From Diplonema japonicum (taxonomy: Eukaryota > Protista > Euglenozoa: Diplonemea), in the NCBI GenBank assembly GCA_964019335.1, contig OZ025680.1, positions 124,001 through 188,000 of the forward strand: 64,000 nucleotides of DNA, read 5' to 3'. Below are positions 21,205 through 32,529 of this stretch, one piece after another (position 1 is the first letter of the stretch; every line of letters starts with the position of its first letter). Both the position numbers and the translations under genes were made by a program. The notes beneath the pieces were generated by a model. It had not been told where the DNA came from. It made no database searches and was given only the letters and a program-made list of their open reading frames with translations.

Positions 21205-22419
21205 TCACGCCAAATACACATCAACAATCTCCGCCTTCTGCAACGCAGTCTCGTAGTAAGGGTCTGACGGGTGAAGACCACGCGTGAAAGAAGCATGAGC
21301 CAAACCGAAATGCGTGATAAAATCTTCGGGGTTTCTCATATTCATCACGTGAAGAGATAGGTCCCGCCCGAGGGACGACCCCCTGTAGGGGGTGGGGGAT
21401 GACCAGACCTTGTAAAGAGTACAAACAGCAAGCAAGAACGGAACAGCGACAAATCGAAAAACGTGCGGGTCGGACCTCAGGGAGTGAATGTACCCTAAAC
21501 AGTCAGGAAGATGAGACATGGCATCGCAAACCATGAAATTTGTGCAGGAAACAGCATTTGGGTTGTCAACACTGACGACGCTCGGCCTTTTGACACCGAG
21601 TTCTGGAGATCGCAGGGAGTGACACTTTGTCACAAATACACCGCAAGAGTTTGCAGCTCTTTTGTCAAGCGAGCCTACCTGCACACCAAACACACCACTG
21701 AGCCCCTCCCACACCAACCCGCCAACTGCCCAGCAACATTCTTCAAACTGTGCCATGTCCTCGCATACCTTATCCTTCCCACACCTGCTCAACCCTTCCC
21801 CCCTACGCTGCACTGCCAACTGTATACTCTCTTGATACGGCACAGGCAGCGACCGAAGCATATTGTAGATAGAAGGAAGGCCCATGATCAGTTTCTTATC
21901 AAATGCTTCAACCGAGTAGATCAGATTGGTGTCGGGAAGGGTCTCGAGGGGCCCTGTGAGGAGCTGCGATTTGTTTTTTAAATGAGAATCTTGCACGCAG
22001 TCCAAGACACGGGTCAGAAGGTACAGGACACAAACAGAATGACGCAGCTCTGAGCCCTCCAGCTGGTAGAGGAGTGAAGTAACACCGCCGCATGTTTCCT
22101 CAAGGAGTGTGTAGCATGTTTGCATTGTCAGAGGGTTGTGCTGCTTCGGGACAGAGATTCTTATAGACACAGCTGTCGGTGGTAAATGGTGGGACAGCCT
22201 GAACTCACACGCGTCGCCTATCTGCGGATCCCGCTCTGGGTGGTTCTTGTTTGGTTTCACGCTCCTGGTGTCGAAGCTGAACCTGCCGTACTCACTTCTC
22301 AGCGCGCACCTCCCCTGGTCCATGCAGGTCACCACTCCTCGTACTCTTCGCTGGCTCTTCATCAACGCTTGGACACCCGCCGTCACATCTTGGGATTCCT
22401 TTGCGTACGGTCTGCACAT
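21205..22419 (-). CDS. Cold-shock/OB-fold + degenerate squalene-synthase-like protein
   Basis: ELRHSVCVLYLLTRVLDCVQD, CCWAVGGLVWEGLS, ANSCGVFVTK and VFRFVAVPFLLAVCTL match squalene synthase regions. The N-terminus RVRGVV...PQIGDACEFRL is CSD-like. Confidence 0.7.
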   Translation of the reverse strand: MCRPYAKESQDVTAGVQALMKSQRRVRGVVTCMDQGRCALRSEYGRFSFDTRSVKPNKNHPERDPQIGDACEFRLSHHLPPTAVSIRISVPKQHNPLTMQTCYTLLEETCGGVTSLLYQLEGSELRHSVCVLYLLTRVLDCVQDSHLKNKSQLLTGPLETLPDTNLIYSVEAFDKKLIMGLPSIYNMLRSLPVPYQESIQLAVQRRGEGLSRCGKDKVCEDMAQFEECCWAVGGLVWEGLSGVFGVQVGSLDKRAANSCGVFVTKCHSLRSPELGVKRPSVVSVDNPNAVSCTNFMVCDAMSHLPDCLGYIHSLRSDPHVFRFVAVPFLLAVCTLYKVWSSPTPYRGSSLGRDLSLHVMNMRNPEDFITHFGLAHASFTRGLHPSDPYYETALQKAEIVDVYLA

Positions 22420-24167
22420 TCTCTTTTCTCTCTTTTTTTTTTTTTTGTCTTCTTTTTTTTTTTTTTTCTTTCTTCTTTTGTCCCAACAATATGTGTATCT
22501 GAGAGAAGGTTAGCACGGGGGAGAGAGGTTTTTACTTTAAAAAAAAAAAAAAAAAAGAATAATAATAAGAAAAAGGACAACATAACTGATCATATATATG
22601 ATGGGCTCTCTCCATCAGTAGGGCACCAACCGACGGTCTAAACCTTCCTCACTCACGTTCCCTGCTAATAATGGGTGAACAATCCAAGAATGAGAATAGA
22701 CAACGGGGTGAAGAAAAAAAGAGGGGAAAAAGATTAATCAACAAATCGCACCTACTGCCGGCTCTGGTACCATTTTGCATGAGCTGCTGTGCAGGTTGTG
22801 GCTCTTCTAAAGCGGTGAAACGGGCTTGTAAGAAGAGGGAGTGAGAGACTTGTCGTTGGGGGGGGGGGGGGGGGCGTCTACCCAACATGAAGAAATAAAG
22901 TCTTTCCCCCTTCACCCAAAAAAAAAAAAGAAGAAGTTTCTGAGAACAAATAGGAGAGAAAAAGTGTATTTCTGTTGTAAGTTCGGAACAAGACTGCTTT
23001 TCAGGAAAGTGCAAAGGCCCTTTGGCAAGACAGCGGTTCAGCGGCTTGTGTCTGGCCTAGGGCACGGAAGAACCCAAAGAAGGAGAGGCGGGTATAGAAG
23101 TCCAAAATTTTTAGAAATGTCCTTCTTACCCCCTCTTTATCTATAGTGTCATTTCTGTACGAAGGGGGGGGGGGGGGGGGGGTAATAGGGGGAAAGAAAG
23201 AGTAAAATTAGAATTTAAAAAAAAAATAAGAAGAGAGAGGGAAAGCCGTAAGACTTATTTTTTTTTTCTTTTTGTTCTTTCGTTTCTTTTGTAAAAAAAA
23301 AAAAATAGAAATCTTGCAATGCTCTCTTTTCATCTCTTTCTTGTTTTTACTTTATCTTCTCCTTTTTCTTTTCTTTTCTTTGCTCCCCGTTCTTTACACG
23401 AGAACACAACCTATGGCATAAAAAAAAGGGCCCAGCATCTCAATCCTTTGGGCACACAATAACTTAACGAATCACTCAGGGGGGGGGGGGGGGTTCAGAT
23501 TTTCTTCTGAAGAAAAAGAAAATAGACATAAAAAAAGGCACAGCTCACCACCCAGTGGCTTTTTACCATTAGTGTCCTTGTTTAATAAAAAAAAAAAAAG
23601 AGACATTTAAAAAAACCCGAAAGAAATTAGCAGAATAAATACTTGAATACTGCAAAAACACTACTCACCCAAGTATCTATTTGTTAAAATATTTCCGTGC
23701 TTTTTTTCATTTCTTTCATTTCCCCTTACCTTTTTTTTTTTCATTCGACCAGGAAAAGAGGAAGAAGAAACGAGGCAAATGTTGCCCAATGGCTTTTTAC
23801 CATTGGTGTCCTTAGTGGTAGGGGAAGAAAAAAATATTTTTTATAAAAAAAAATTACCTGAATTACAAGTGCGTGTATGCAAAACTAAATCATGTATCAA
23901 TTTTGTTAATATTCTCAATGCCTTCCTCCCACCCTTCGAAATCTTAACGGTGGGGGAAAAAAAAAGAGAAAATAAAATAAAAAATCAGATTTTCTTTTTT
24001 AGAAAATTAATTCACCTTTGGGGAGAAGGCAGTTAGCAAGCAGCTAGCAACAACACTCTATAAAAAAATAAAATAACATGTAGTCTCGATTTTAGTGGTG
24101 CCGTGTGACACAGCAGCCAGTGAAACTTCGCCCCGAAGCCCCCTGTGGTAGAAAGTAAAAGTGGAGA

Positions 24168-24200
<33 letters not shown>

Positions 24201-24264
24201 GAATCACAACTGTTGCTACTGGATTGAGAAGAGGGGCAAAAGAGAAGGGAAAAGGGAGAAAAAA

Positions 24265-24373
24265 CTCAAAGTACAGGACAAGCCCCCGCTAGAGGGCCAC
24301 CCTATGGGAGGGGGGGGGGGGGGGGGGGGTCTATCTGTTAATACTCCCCTTCTGGAGCATTGCTTTCGTCCCG
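24265..24373 (-). mobile_element. Short 3'-end copy of a retroelement-like sequence (same family as 50808-51322)
   Basis: About 100 bp near-identical to 50808-50905, flanked by A-runs on the plus strand. Confidence 0.8.
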
Positions 24374-24494
24374 AAAAAAAGAAAAGAAAAAACGTAATCT
24401 GCGTGCATGGGGGGGGAAAGCAACTGGCTCTGCACGGGATCTGCACGGAAAAACAGGAACAGCGGCAGAACAAGACAAACTTTCCTACGAATGT

Positions 24495-24535
<41 letters not shown>

Positions 24536-24897
24536 ACTTATCGAAAAGTGAGTTTTTGACTACACAATAGAATAAAAAAACCATGACACCTGGACCGCAG
24601 CTTACATGTGTTAGCCGACCGTAAAGAATACGTGAACTACGCCATCTATGACCAACAAGTCATGAGTCATGATTCAAACCCGAGTTCCCGTAGAGGCCAT
24701 GTATGATAACTCGTTCGCAAGGCATTTCAGGGAGGTCTAATTTCCGCTTTTTTTTTTTTTTTTTTTTTTTTAAAGGGGTTTTCATAATTACACGGGAGTG
24801 TAATTAAAAGAAATGGGGGCGTGTGATACCAATACTTCATTTCGCAAAAAAGAGGAGAAGAAAACAAAAACGCGCGTTACAGGTGGGGAAGGGGAAG

Positions 24898-26814
24898 TCA
24901 AAGGAGTGACATGGATGTTGAAGACGGAAGAACAAGAAGCTTTTTAGGATCATGCCTCACAGGTGTACAAGGGAAGGTTGTGACGGTGTCTTGGCAGGAA
25001 GGGACACTAGGAAGCGACACCTTTTCATAGAGACACAAATCGATTTCTTCAGAAACGGTACTTGAATACCAGGTCGACAATTGCAGGCGGCGCCGACGGC
25101 CTGTCATGAACACAAACACCTCACAGCAAGCATCAAGCAACACCTTAACCGCAAGTATTACGGTTGCCGAAAAGAGAAGATGGCTAGCCGCCCCGAACAG
25201 CACATGATCTGCAGGGTATTCATTATAGAATCCTGCAGCAAGAAGCAACAGTGCACTGAATTGCGCCCCCAAACAGGTGAAGTCCACAACTGAGTCTCGC
25301 ATTCTAGCGTGTGGCCATATTACTGCTTCAGTAACCAGCAGAACCCCAAACACAATCGCTTGGAAGAGCTTTACGTGCCCGCATGCAGCATATGTTTCTG
25401 TCTCCAAGGCGCTCATGGCAGCCAAGGAAAACGAGCTTGCAAAGTCTACAAAGCAAAACCATTCGCATCCTTGTTTGTAGGTCTTCACGACTGATGCGTA
25501 ACGCTGCACCCAATGTCTTTCTTCTTTTATGCTCACCCACTCGCTACGTCCCAACATGAAGGCCACCATTCTTCCCTTCCACTGATCATCTTCCAGCATC
25601 GCCGCTTCCAGTGGTACAGCTCTCTTAATCTCCAGCAGCACGCCCACCGGCACCGCCACGCACACCACGAGCGTCACCACACCAAACGCCACCACCAGCA
25701 AGTCCGACGACGTGGTTAGTATGAGGAAGGCGCACAGTGTAGTGCCCTGGTAGAACCACTGGAACGCGAACAGCGGGCCTGATGGCAGCCGCATGAAGCC
25801 CTGCGTGTCCATCTTCACTTTTGCGTACAACCTCTGTGGAAGCAGCACCAGCAGCTTTTCAAAGAGTTTCATCAGCAATGTGATCCCTATTAGGATGCAA
25901 ATATTCGCGACCACAGCTCCGGCAGCCTCGCTGCCCCTCACACTGATCCCTGTAGGGTGGAAGGCGCCGGGCAGCTCCTTCTCCCTTTTCGTCATGTCGC
26001 AAGCCCCACTCACCAACATCAGTCGCATCGCAGTCCCAGCAGCGGCACCGGCTCCAAGACTGGCTGCTGCCGCAGTGCCTGTGTTCACGGCGCCAGAACT
26101 GGATTCGGAGCCATGCAAGACCTTGAAGCTTGTGGGGACAGGTGTTGATGGTACGAGGGTTAGGGGTGCCGTTGTTGCTGGGGCTGGTGTTGGTGGTGCA
26201 AGGGTGAGAGGAGCAGGAGTAGGAGGAGCAGGAGTTGAAGGTGCAGGAGTAGGAGGTGCAGGGGTTGGAGGAGCAGGAGTAAGAGGTGCAGGAGTTGGAG
26301 GTGCAGGAGTGGGAGGAGCAAGAGTAGGAGGAGCAGGAGTTGGAGGAGCAGGAGTAGGAGGTGCTGGGGTAGGAGGAGCCGGAGTAGGGGGAGCAGGAGT
26401 GGGAGGTGCAGGAGTTGGAGGAGCAGGAGTTGGAGGAGCAGGAGTTGGAGGAGCAGGAGTAGGAGGTGCTGGTGTGTCGCAGACTTTTATTTCTGCGCAA
26501 CTTGTAGATCCAGTGTTGCCTATCTCACTCGCCCCCTGATCGCAGCAAGCTTGGAGGCCTATTGGATACGTGGCTATGTTGGCACAACTCATGTATCTGT
26601 ACATAAACTGGGATTGAGAGTTTATCCTCCATGTTGTGGGGCCCTCCTTAAACAACACGTAGCCATTGCCATTGCTGTTCTCCCACCTCATGGAGCCCAC
26701 CATCGTGTAAACCCCTTTGCTGGCAGCGGTGGGCGAGACATCAATCTGCACGCAGGGAGGCTGCCCCAAGCATGGATATAAGATCGCCAGCAGCACCACC
26801 AACAGGTGCCTCAT
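24898..26814 (-). CDS. Surface membrane protein: signal peptide, Cys-rich head, (PTPAP)n stalk, multi-TM C-terminal domain
   Basis: 638-aa ORF with about 20 Pro/Thr pentapeptide repeats and multiple hydrophobic segments. Confidence 0.9.
   Translation of the reverse strand: MRHLLVVLLAILYPCLGQPPCVQIDVSPTAASKGVYTMVGSMRWENSNGNGYVLFKEGPTTWRINSQSQFMYRYMSCANIATYPIGLQACCDQGASEIGNTGSTSCAEIKVCDTPAPPTPAPPTPAPPTPAPPTPAPPTPAPPTPAPPTPAPPTPAPPTPAPPTLAPPTPAPPTPAPLTPAPPTPAPPTPAPSTPAPPTPAPLTLAPPTPAPATTAPLTLVPSTPVPTSFKVLHGSESSSGAVNTGTAAAASLGAGAAAGTAMRLMLVSGACDMTKREKELPGAFHPTGISVRGSEAAGAVVANICILIGITLLMKLFEKLLVLLPQRLYAKVKMDTQGFMRLPSGPLFAFQWFYQGTTLCAFLILTTSSDLLVVAFGVVTLVVCVAVPVGVLLEIKRAVPLEAAMLEDDQWKGRMVAFMLGRSEWVSIKEERHWVQRYASVVKTYKQGCEWFCFVDFASSFSLAAMSALETETYAACGHVKLFQAIVFGVLLVTEAVIWPHARMRDSVVDFTCLGAQFSALLLLAAGFYNEYPADHVLFGAASHLLFSATVILAVKVLLDACCEVFVFMTGRRRRLQLSTWYSSTVSEEIDLCLYEKVSLPSVPSCQDTVTTFPCTPVRHDPKKLLVLPSSTSMSLL
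26160..26475 (-). repeat. 15-bp coding minisatellite (PTPAP)
   Basis: ggagcaggagt(a/t/g)gga units. Confidence 0.9.
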
Positions 26815-26990
26815 TTGGGAACATGGAGTCCCTTTTCTTACTACTATTATATTTTATTTTACAACAAAACTACGAAAATCAAAAAAAAAGAGAAGAGTTT
26901 TAAGGTGGGCGTATATCGGTTATAGGCCGTCAACGCGCAACCCCTCTGCATCAAAAAAAAAAAAAAAAAAATCCCCACAACTAGCGGAAG

Positions 26991-27668
26991 CTAGGTAGGT
27001 TCTCTTTCGCCTTTAAAAAGTCGGAGTGTGGATGCTTCCATCCGGGTGGGGTCGAGTCGTAGTGCACGGGGTTGGTGCGAGGCGACAACGGCCTTGGCTT
27101 TTTCGGCCTTGTGAACGCGCGAAACGGCAACAGAAGAATAGAGGCGGCCCAGACAGAGGGATTGGGTCTCGGGGGTGTGCTTCTTTGCAGGTGCTCGGTC
27201 AGGTTTGTATTTTTCTGCAAGACGAGTGGCCAGCTGCACAGCATGCTGTACAGGAGCATAATATGCGGTGGTGTTCAGCCTCCCTAGTTCATCATCTGGC
27301 AGGGGGACAAGCAGTACCTTACCTTTGAACGGTTCCAAGTTCCCATAACGGGCCTTCCTGCCTTGGAGGTGCATTCTATCTGCCACTGCTTCTTGCTTCC
27401 CTTTCGTTAGCTTCATCTTGCACAGGGCTCGCCTTTCCTTGTCCACTCGTGCAAGGACACCATCCTGGAAGTCCTGTCTCCTCTTTGCGCTGAAATCGCA
27501 CAAACGCTCCCCTAGTTTTTGTACCTCCTCTGGGCTCAACCTTTTGCCTGCAGCCTCGCTGGTATACTCGGCTTGTTCACTCTCTAGTCTCTGTTTCTCT
27601 CTTAGTAAATGCAATTTTCGCTCCCTCGGGTCCTTGAAGGAAACCTCTTCTGTCATCCATCTTCCCAT
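26991..27668 (-). CDS. Hypothetical protein (basic, helical)
   Basis: 225-aa ORF with coding-like composition and no homopolymer runs. Confidence 0.7.
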   Translation of the reverse strand: MGRWMTEEVSFKDPRERKLHLLREKQRLESEQAEYTSEAAGKRLSPEEVQKLGERLCDFSAKRRQDFQDGVLARVDKERRALCKMKLTKGKQEAVADRMHLQGRKARYGNLEPFKGKVLLVPLPDDELGRLNTTAYYAPVQHAVQLATRLAEKYKPDRAPAKKHTPETQSLCLGRLYSSVAVSRVHKAEKAKAVVASHQPRALRLDPTRMEASTLRLFKGEREPT

Positions 27669-28375
27669 TATATTTTGTGGGCGATTGTTTAAAGAGTGTC
27701 CTTTTTCTTTTTTTTTTTTCTTCTTCTTTTTTTGTTTATCCCCTACAGTTTGTTTTTATTTTTTTTTTGCAAAAAAAAAAGAGAAAAAAAAAGTGGACCA
27801 AAAGGAGAGAAGGAAAAAAGAGAAAAAATGGGAGGGGAAGGGCTATAGAAGGCAATAGAGAGGGGGTTTGAACACAATGGAGGGGGGGGGGGGGAGGTAA
27901 AAGGAAAAAACCGGAGGTTGGCATTGAATAAGGGAGAACAAAAAAAAAAAAGAGATGTGGTAGAAGGTGACGGGGGAAGGGAGAATGGGGCAAGTAAAGA
28001 AAAAAAATATAAAAAAAAGAATACAAATAACAGGAGTGACGAGAGAAAGAAAAGAAGAGAAAAAAAAAGGGGGGAAAGAAAGAAGGAGTACAGGTGTGGA
28101 GACTTTTGTGTATAAAGGGAAAACAAAAAACTATTTTGAATTTCAAAGCACGGAGGGGAGCAAGGTGGGATAGAACACATAAAGTGGGGAAAAAAAAAGA
28201 GCAAAAAAATACAAGTGGGGGTGGGGGTATTGAGACTATGAAATTCTAAAATATTTTTTTTTTCTTTTTTTTTTTTCTTTTGAACTTTTTTTCTTTTTAC
28301 TCGATCCCCATTTTGATAAAACCTAAAAGTTAAAAAATTCTTAACTTAACTTAAAGTCAAAAACCTTCGTTAGAA

Positions 28376-28418
<43 letters not shown>

Positions 28419-30795
28419 TGCCCTTTTGAAAAGTCATTAGCTTCTCTCGTTTTCTTCCCTTCGTCCTTCTTCAACAAATCCTTTCTCTCCATTGTGTTCC
28501 ACTGTAAGAAAGAACAAACGCGTCGCTTCATGGGAAGGGGAAAAACTGATTCAATAAAAAAAAAAAGGATGTACAATCCTGCTTTAGCCTTTTTCATCTT
28601 CCCCCCCCCCCTTTTTTTCGTACTATTTTCTTCACTCACTAAAGGCGTGGGAGGAAAATGTACCCAAGCGGAGGGGCATTCTGACTATTCTTTGATCAGG
28701 ACCATGAGAACAAAGCAGGGAGTGACTTAAACGACGAGAAGGGCGTAAACAACTTAACCACCCAAATCATTATTTAACTCTAGTTACGAGTTAAAAACAA
28801 CGACTCATCTCATCATTAACCTCTTTTGTGAAGCAAGAAAAACCCCCTTCTAAGATGAAGGAGACTCACAACACGTAAAAAAAAAAAAAAGAAAAAAAAA
28901 AAAAAAAAAAAAAAAAAAACACTTTTTTTTTCTCTCTCTTTTTTTTTTTTTTTTTCTTCCTTTTTTCTTCTCCCGGGAGCAGGGTTGAAAATCTTTTTAT
29001 TCTTTTTGTTTAAAAAAAAAAGGGGGGCCATACATTTTTCTTCTTTTTTTTTTCTTCATTTCTTTGAGGTGGGTGTGGGAGGGGCTCAACTAGCAATGAA
29101 GGACCGCAAGTGGGCTCCGCATCACTAAGTATAACAAGAACCAAAGAACTGGTGGGGGGGGGGAGGGAGGGGAAAACTTGGAAAATTCAGATAGTGAATC
29201 GCAATAAAACGAAAAACAGGAGAGAAAAAAAAAAGCAGGAGGACTTTGCGCACTCCCGTGAAACAAAGTCTCTTCTTTCGCCATGCCGCCTCTTTTTCAT
29301 TTCCTTAATCTTACACTCACCTCAATTCTTCTCTCTCTCCCCCCCCCCCCCCCCCCCCCACACCCCCCGAAAGAAAGTGTTAACTGAAGGGAGTTTGTAA
29401 AGAATATAGAGTTAAAAGGAAGTCTCTTCGAGAAGCCCCTTGTTCTCAAGGCTCTAAATTATAAAACTACTATTCTTTATCACGTCCTTCCTAATGAAAA
29501 TCCCTCTTTTTTTTTTGATGTCACCGAGAGTGAAAATAAAATTTTTCATTCATTTCGTTGTGAATACACAGTTTTTTTTTCTTTTTTACTTTTTTTGGGG
29601 GGGGGCAACCCTTAGCTAAAAGGACTGAAAGATAATAAAAAAAAAAAAAAAACCAAGTAGGGGGAAGCCTTTTTTTAAGAAAAAAAGACAAGAAAATCCC
29701 CCTCATTCCCAAACTAACGCCCTCAATGGGCCTCTCCAGCCCTCCTATATTGTAAAATACTGGCAATTCTAGAAATGCAGGAGGAACTGGAGGGGAAAAG
29801 AACAATGGGATGAAGAAAACAAGGGGGGAAGAAAAAACACAAAAAATTTTATAAAAATGTATGTTACCCGGGGGTTATAAAGAGGCGAACAAAAAAAAGT
29901 TCAATACAGGGGGGTGTTTTTTTTTTTGCCTTCTAATTTTTTTTCTTTCTTTTTTTTTCCACTGCCGGTGTGCGGGGAAGGGGGGGGGGGGGGGGGGGAG
30001 AGAGAGAGAGAAGGGAATAATTTGTTATTTACAATTTTCCTTTTTTTTTTTTGTTGCCGGCCAAGGGGAGGCCATATGCCATATCCGAATCCCATATAAG
30101 AAAAGTGAGAGGGTACACGTAATGTCTACTATGAGGAAAACAAAAACAAAAAACAAAAAAAGTTGTGTTACACTTTGGGAAGAAAGAAAAGAAAATCGAA
30201 CAGGCAGCGGTGGGCGATGGATCCAAAGAGGGATTTAAAAAAAGGGGGGAGTGAGGAGGGTGCGAGAGGACAAGGGTGGGATGAACAAATATAAAAAAAA
30301 ACTGTTACAAAAGGAAAACGCACCCCCCCCCCCCCCCCAACCACCACCAAAACTCCTCTCGCCTCCGACAGTCTCTTTGTTCTGTCTCATTTTTTTTTTC
30401 CATTTCTTTTTTTTTCATTCTCTCTTTTTTTTTCTTATCCCCGTTCTCCCTCTTTTTTTTTTTTTTTTTTTTTTTTTCATAAAAAAAATTAAAAAAAAGG
30501 GTATTTTGTGTGTGCGAGGGGGGGGAACGGAGGGGAGGGATGGAGAAAAAAAAAAAGAAAAAAAAACAGAAGGAAAAAAAAAAAAAAAAAAAAAAAAAAA
30601 AGACCGGGAAGGAGGGAGAAAAGGGGGAAACAAGTGTTAGTAACGACCAAAAAAAAAAAAAGGGGGATGTGTACAAGCGTAAAAAAAAACAAAAAACAAA
30701 AAACCCAACACTCAAAAACACTAGAAATACAAAGGAGGCGGGAGGGGGGGAGTCAGGAAAAGGGTGGGGGAAAGAGAAAAAAAAAAAAGAAAAAC

Positions 30796-32105
30796 TCACC
30801 CGTGTTCAAAAACAGAGATGATAGCGGTAACATTATCCTTCGATCCAAGAGAGATGGCGTGGGCACAGAGGAACGGGGCGAGGTCCGTGAAGGGAGAGAC
30901 CATTTCCCTCCGCTTTTCTTTCACGAAATCCACGGCCTCCTGAGGGGACAACACATCCCACAACCCGTCCGACCCCAATATCAAGAGCTCTTCAAGAGGT
31001 GTAATGGGCACCGAAAACACCTCAGGAATGCATGAAGTATGCTCAGAACAAGGACGGCATCCCAGAACCCTTGTGACAGATACAACACCATCCACCCTTA
31101 AATTCCCGTTTAAATCACGGATAACGCCGCCTCTTGCTGTTACGGCGGCAGCTTCTTTGGGGTTCGAGGCGATGTGGGGATGGGTTAAAAGTTCGCTTGT
31201 CCCGTCTGCCCGGCCGATGACAGCACCACAGTCTCCAACAGACGCGAAATGCATTGTGTTTCCGTTCATTAAGCACATTAGCGCAGTGGTCCCCGCATCG
31301 CACTCGACTTGCTCCGCTCTTTCCAAAAAACTGGTGTTGATTTTTCGAAACGACTCGATAAAAGCAGTTTCAACATCGTGGGGAAAGCTATCGTGGCTGA
31401 GGACTTCTTGGGGTAGCTGGTCACGTGTGAAAGAAGCTGCTTCCGACCCCCCATGACCATCGAAGACGCCCAAGGCCCGGAATGTGTGTTTAGACTGTGG
31501 TTCGGTGTACTCATCAGTTGTGTTGGTGCTGTCGCCGTTTTTGTTGCCGAAATAGTTGCTCCAATGGAGGTAGCTGCAGTGGTAATCCTCCATGGCCTGC
31601 CTTGTCCCTTTCGCTCCGTATGTGCTGACTGTTACCAAACGTTTCAAAGAACTGTCCTGTGGCGTTTGATCCGCGATCGGCTTCGCCCAGTTTTTAACAT
31701 TGTCAGTCAACCATCTTTCGATTCTAGGTAGATCCCACCATTTCGTCCCGCGAGTTGCCTCGTCTAGTGCTGACTCGTCTGACTGTAATTTTTCCGCTTC
31801 TTCTGCGTTCTGTTTGGGGGGGGGGGGTTGTTTTTTTGTTGTTGTTTTGTGTTACGTACTTTGCTGACGCCCTCTATTAACTCCTCCACGTATTTTCTAA
31901 ACGTTACCAGGTGGTGGGCGCTCATTCTCTCCTCGCTTATCTCGGTGTTCAGTATCCTGTAAGCCATCGCTTTCGTTCTGGCCGGCATTTCACTGTCCGT
32001 TGCGGTGTCTCTCACAAACGGCCCCCTTTTCCGTGCCGCTATCTGCCGCATCCGTTTCGCTCTATACGCAGCAGCAGCTGTTGTTGTATTGCCTCCGCTT
32101 TCCAT
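30796..32105 (-). CDS. Protein phosphatase 2C (PPM family), 2 exons
   Basis: Intron 31810-31859. Motifs RQAMEDYH, GVFDGHGG, VGDC, ILGSDGLWD, GSKDNVT. Confidence 0.92.
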
Positions 32106-32188
32106 TTTGGGGGGAGGGGAGGGGGGACTTCTTTTTTTTGTTTTTTTGTTTTGTTTTTTTTTTTTTTTTTTAGATTCTCCCTTCTCCT

Positions 32189-32222
<34 letters not shown>

Positions 32223-32529
32223 TTTTGAGGGGGATTGACAACTAATTTAAAATAAAAAACCCAGACGTAAAAAAAAAAAAAAAAAAAGACAGCGTATGAA
32301 CAGAGTCGCGGTCAGACTGTATAAGTCCATCCCTTGTGGTGGTTGCCATCTCTTCGCCGTGGGCAGGTGAATCCAGGTCAGTCCAGTTGTCATCCTTCAC
32401 GACCCCAAAAAAATTTTTTTTCGATCGGAAAAATAAAAAAAAAGTCCTCCCCCAGTGGAGACAAGAGAGGAAGAGCCATCTTTTGCCACCCAGAGAACGG
32501 GAGATTTTCCCCAATCCCTCCCCCCATGT

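Noticed and set aside
24580-24745. tRNA, snRNA or SINE in a mixed-composition island
   Set aside because: Only a weak B-box-like GTTTGAATC, with no cloverleaf or recognisable snRNA motif. Left unassigned.
28696-28816. Box C/D snoRNA (ATGATGA...CTGA on minus)
   Set aside because: No terminal stem and no recognisable rRNA-complementary guide.
27677-30790. Many Lys/Phe-rich ORFs in spacers
   Set aside because: Artefacts of poly(A)/poly(T)/poly(G) tracts.
30720-30799. Extra terminal intron in PP2C (GG|GTGAG)
   Set aside because: The downstream exon would run into low-complexity sequence, and the domain is already complete at the TGA.
32295-32406. SECIS element
   Set aside because: An AUGA/GA pair is present but helix II and the apical loop geometry are wrong, and the upstream gene has no in-frame TGA.
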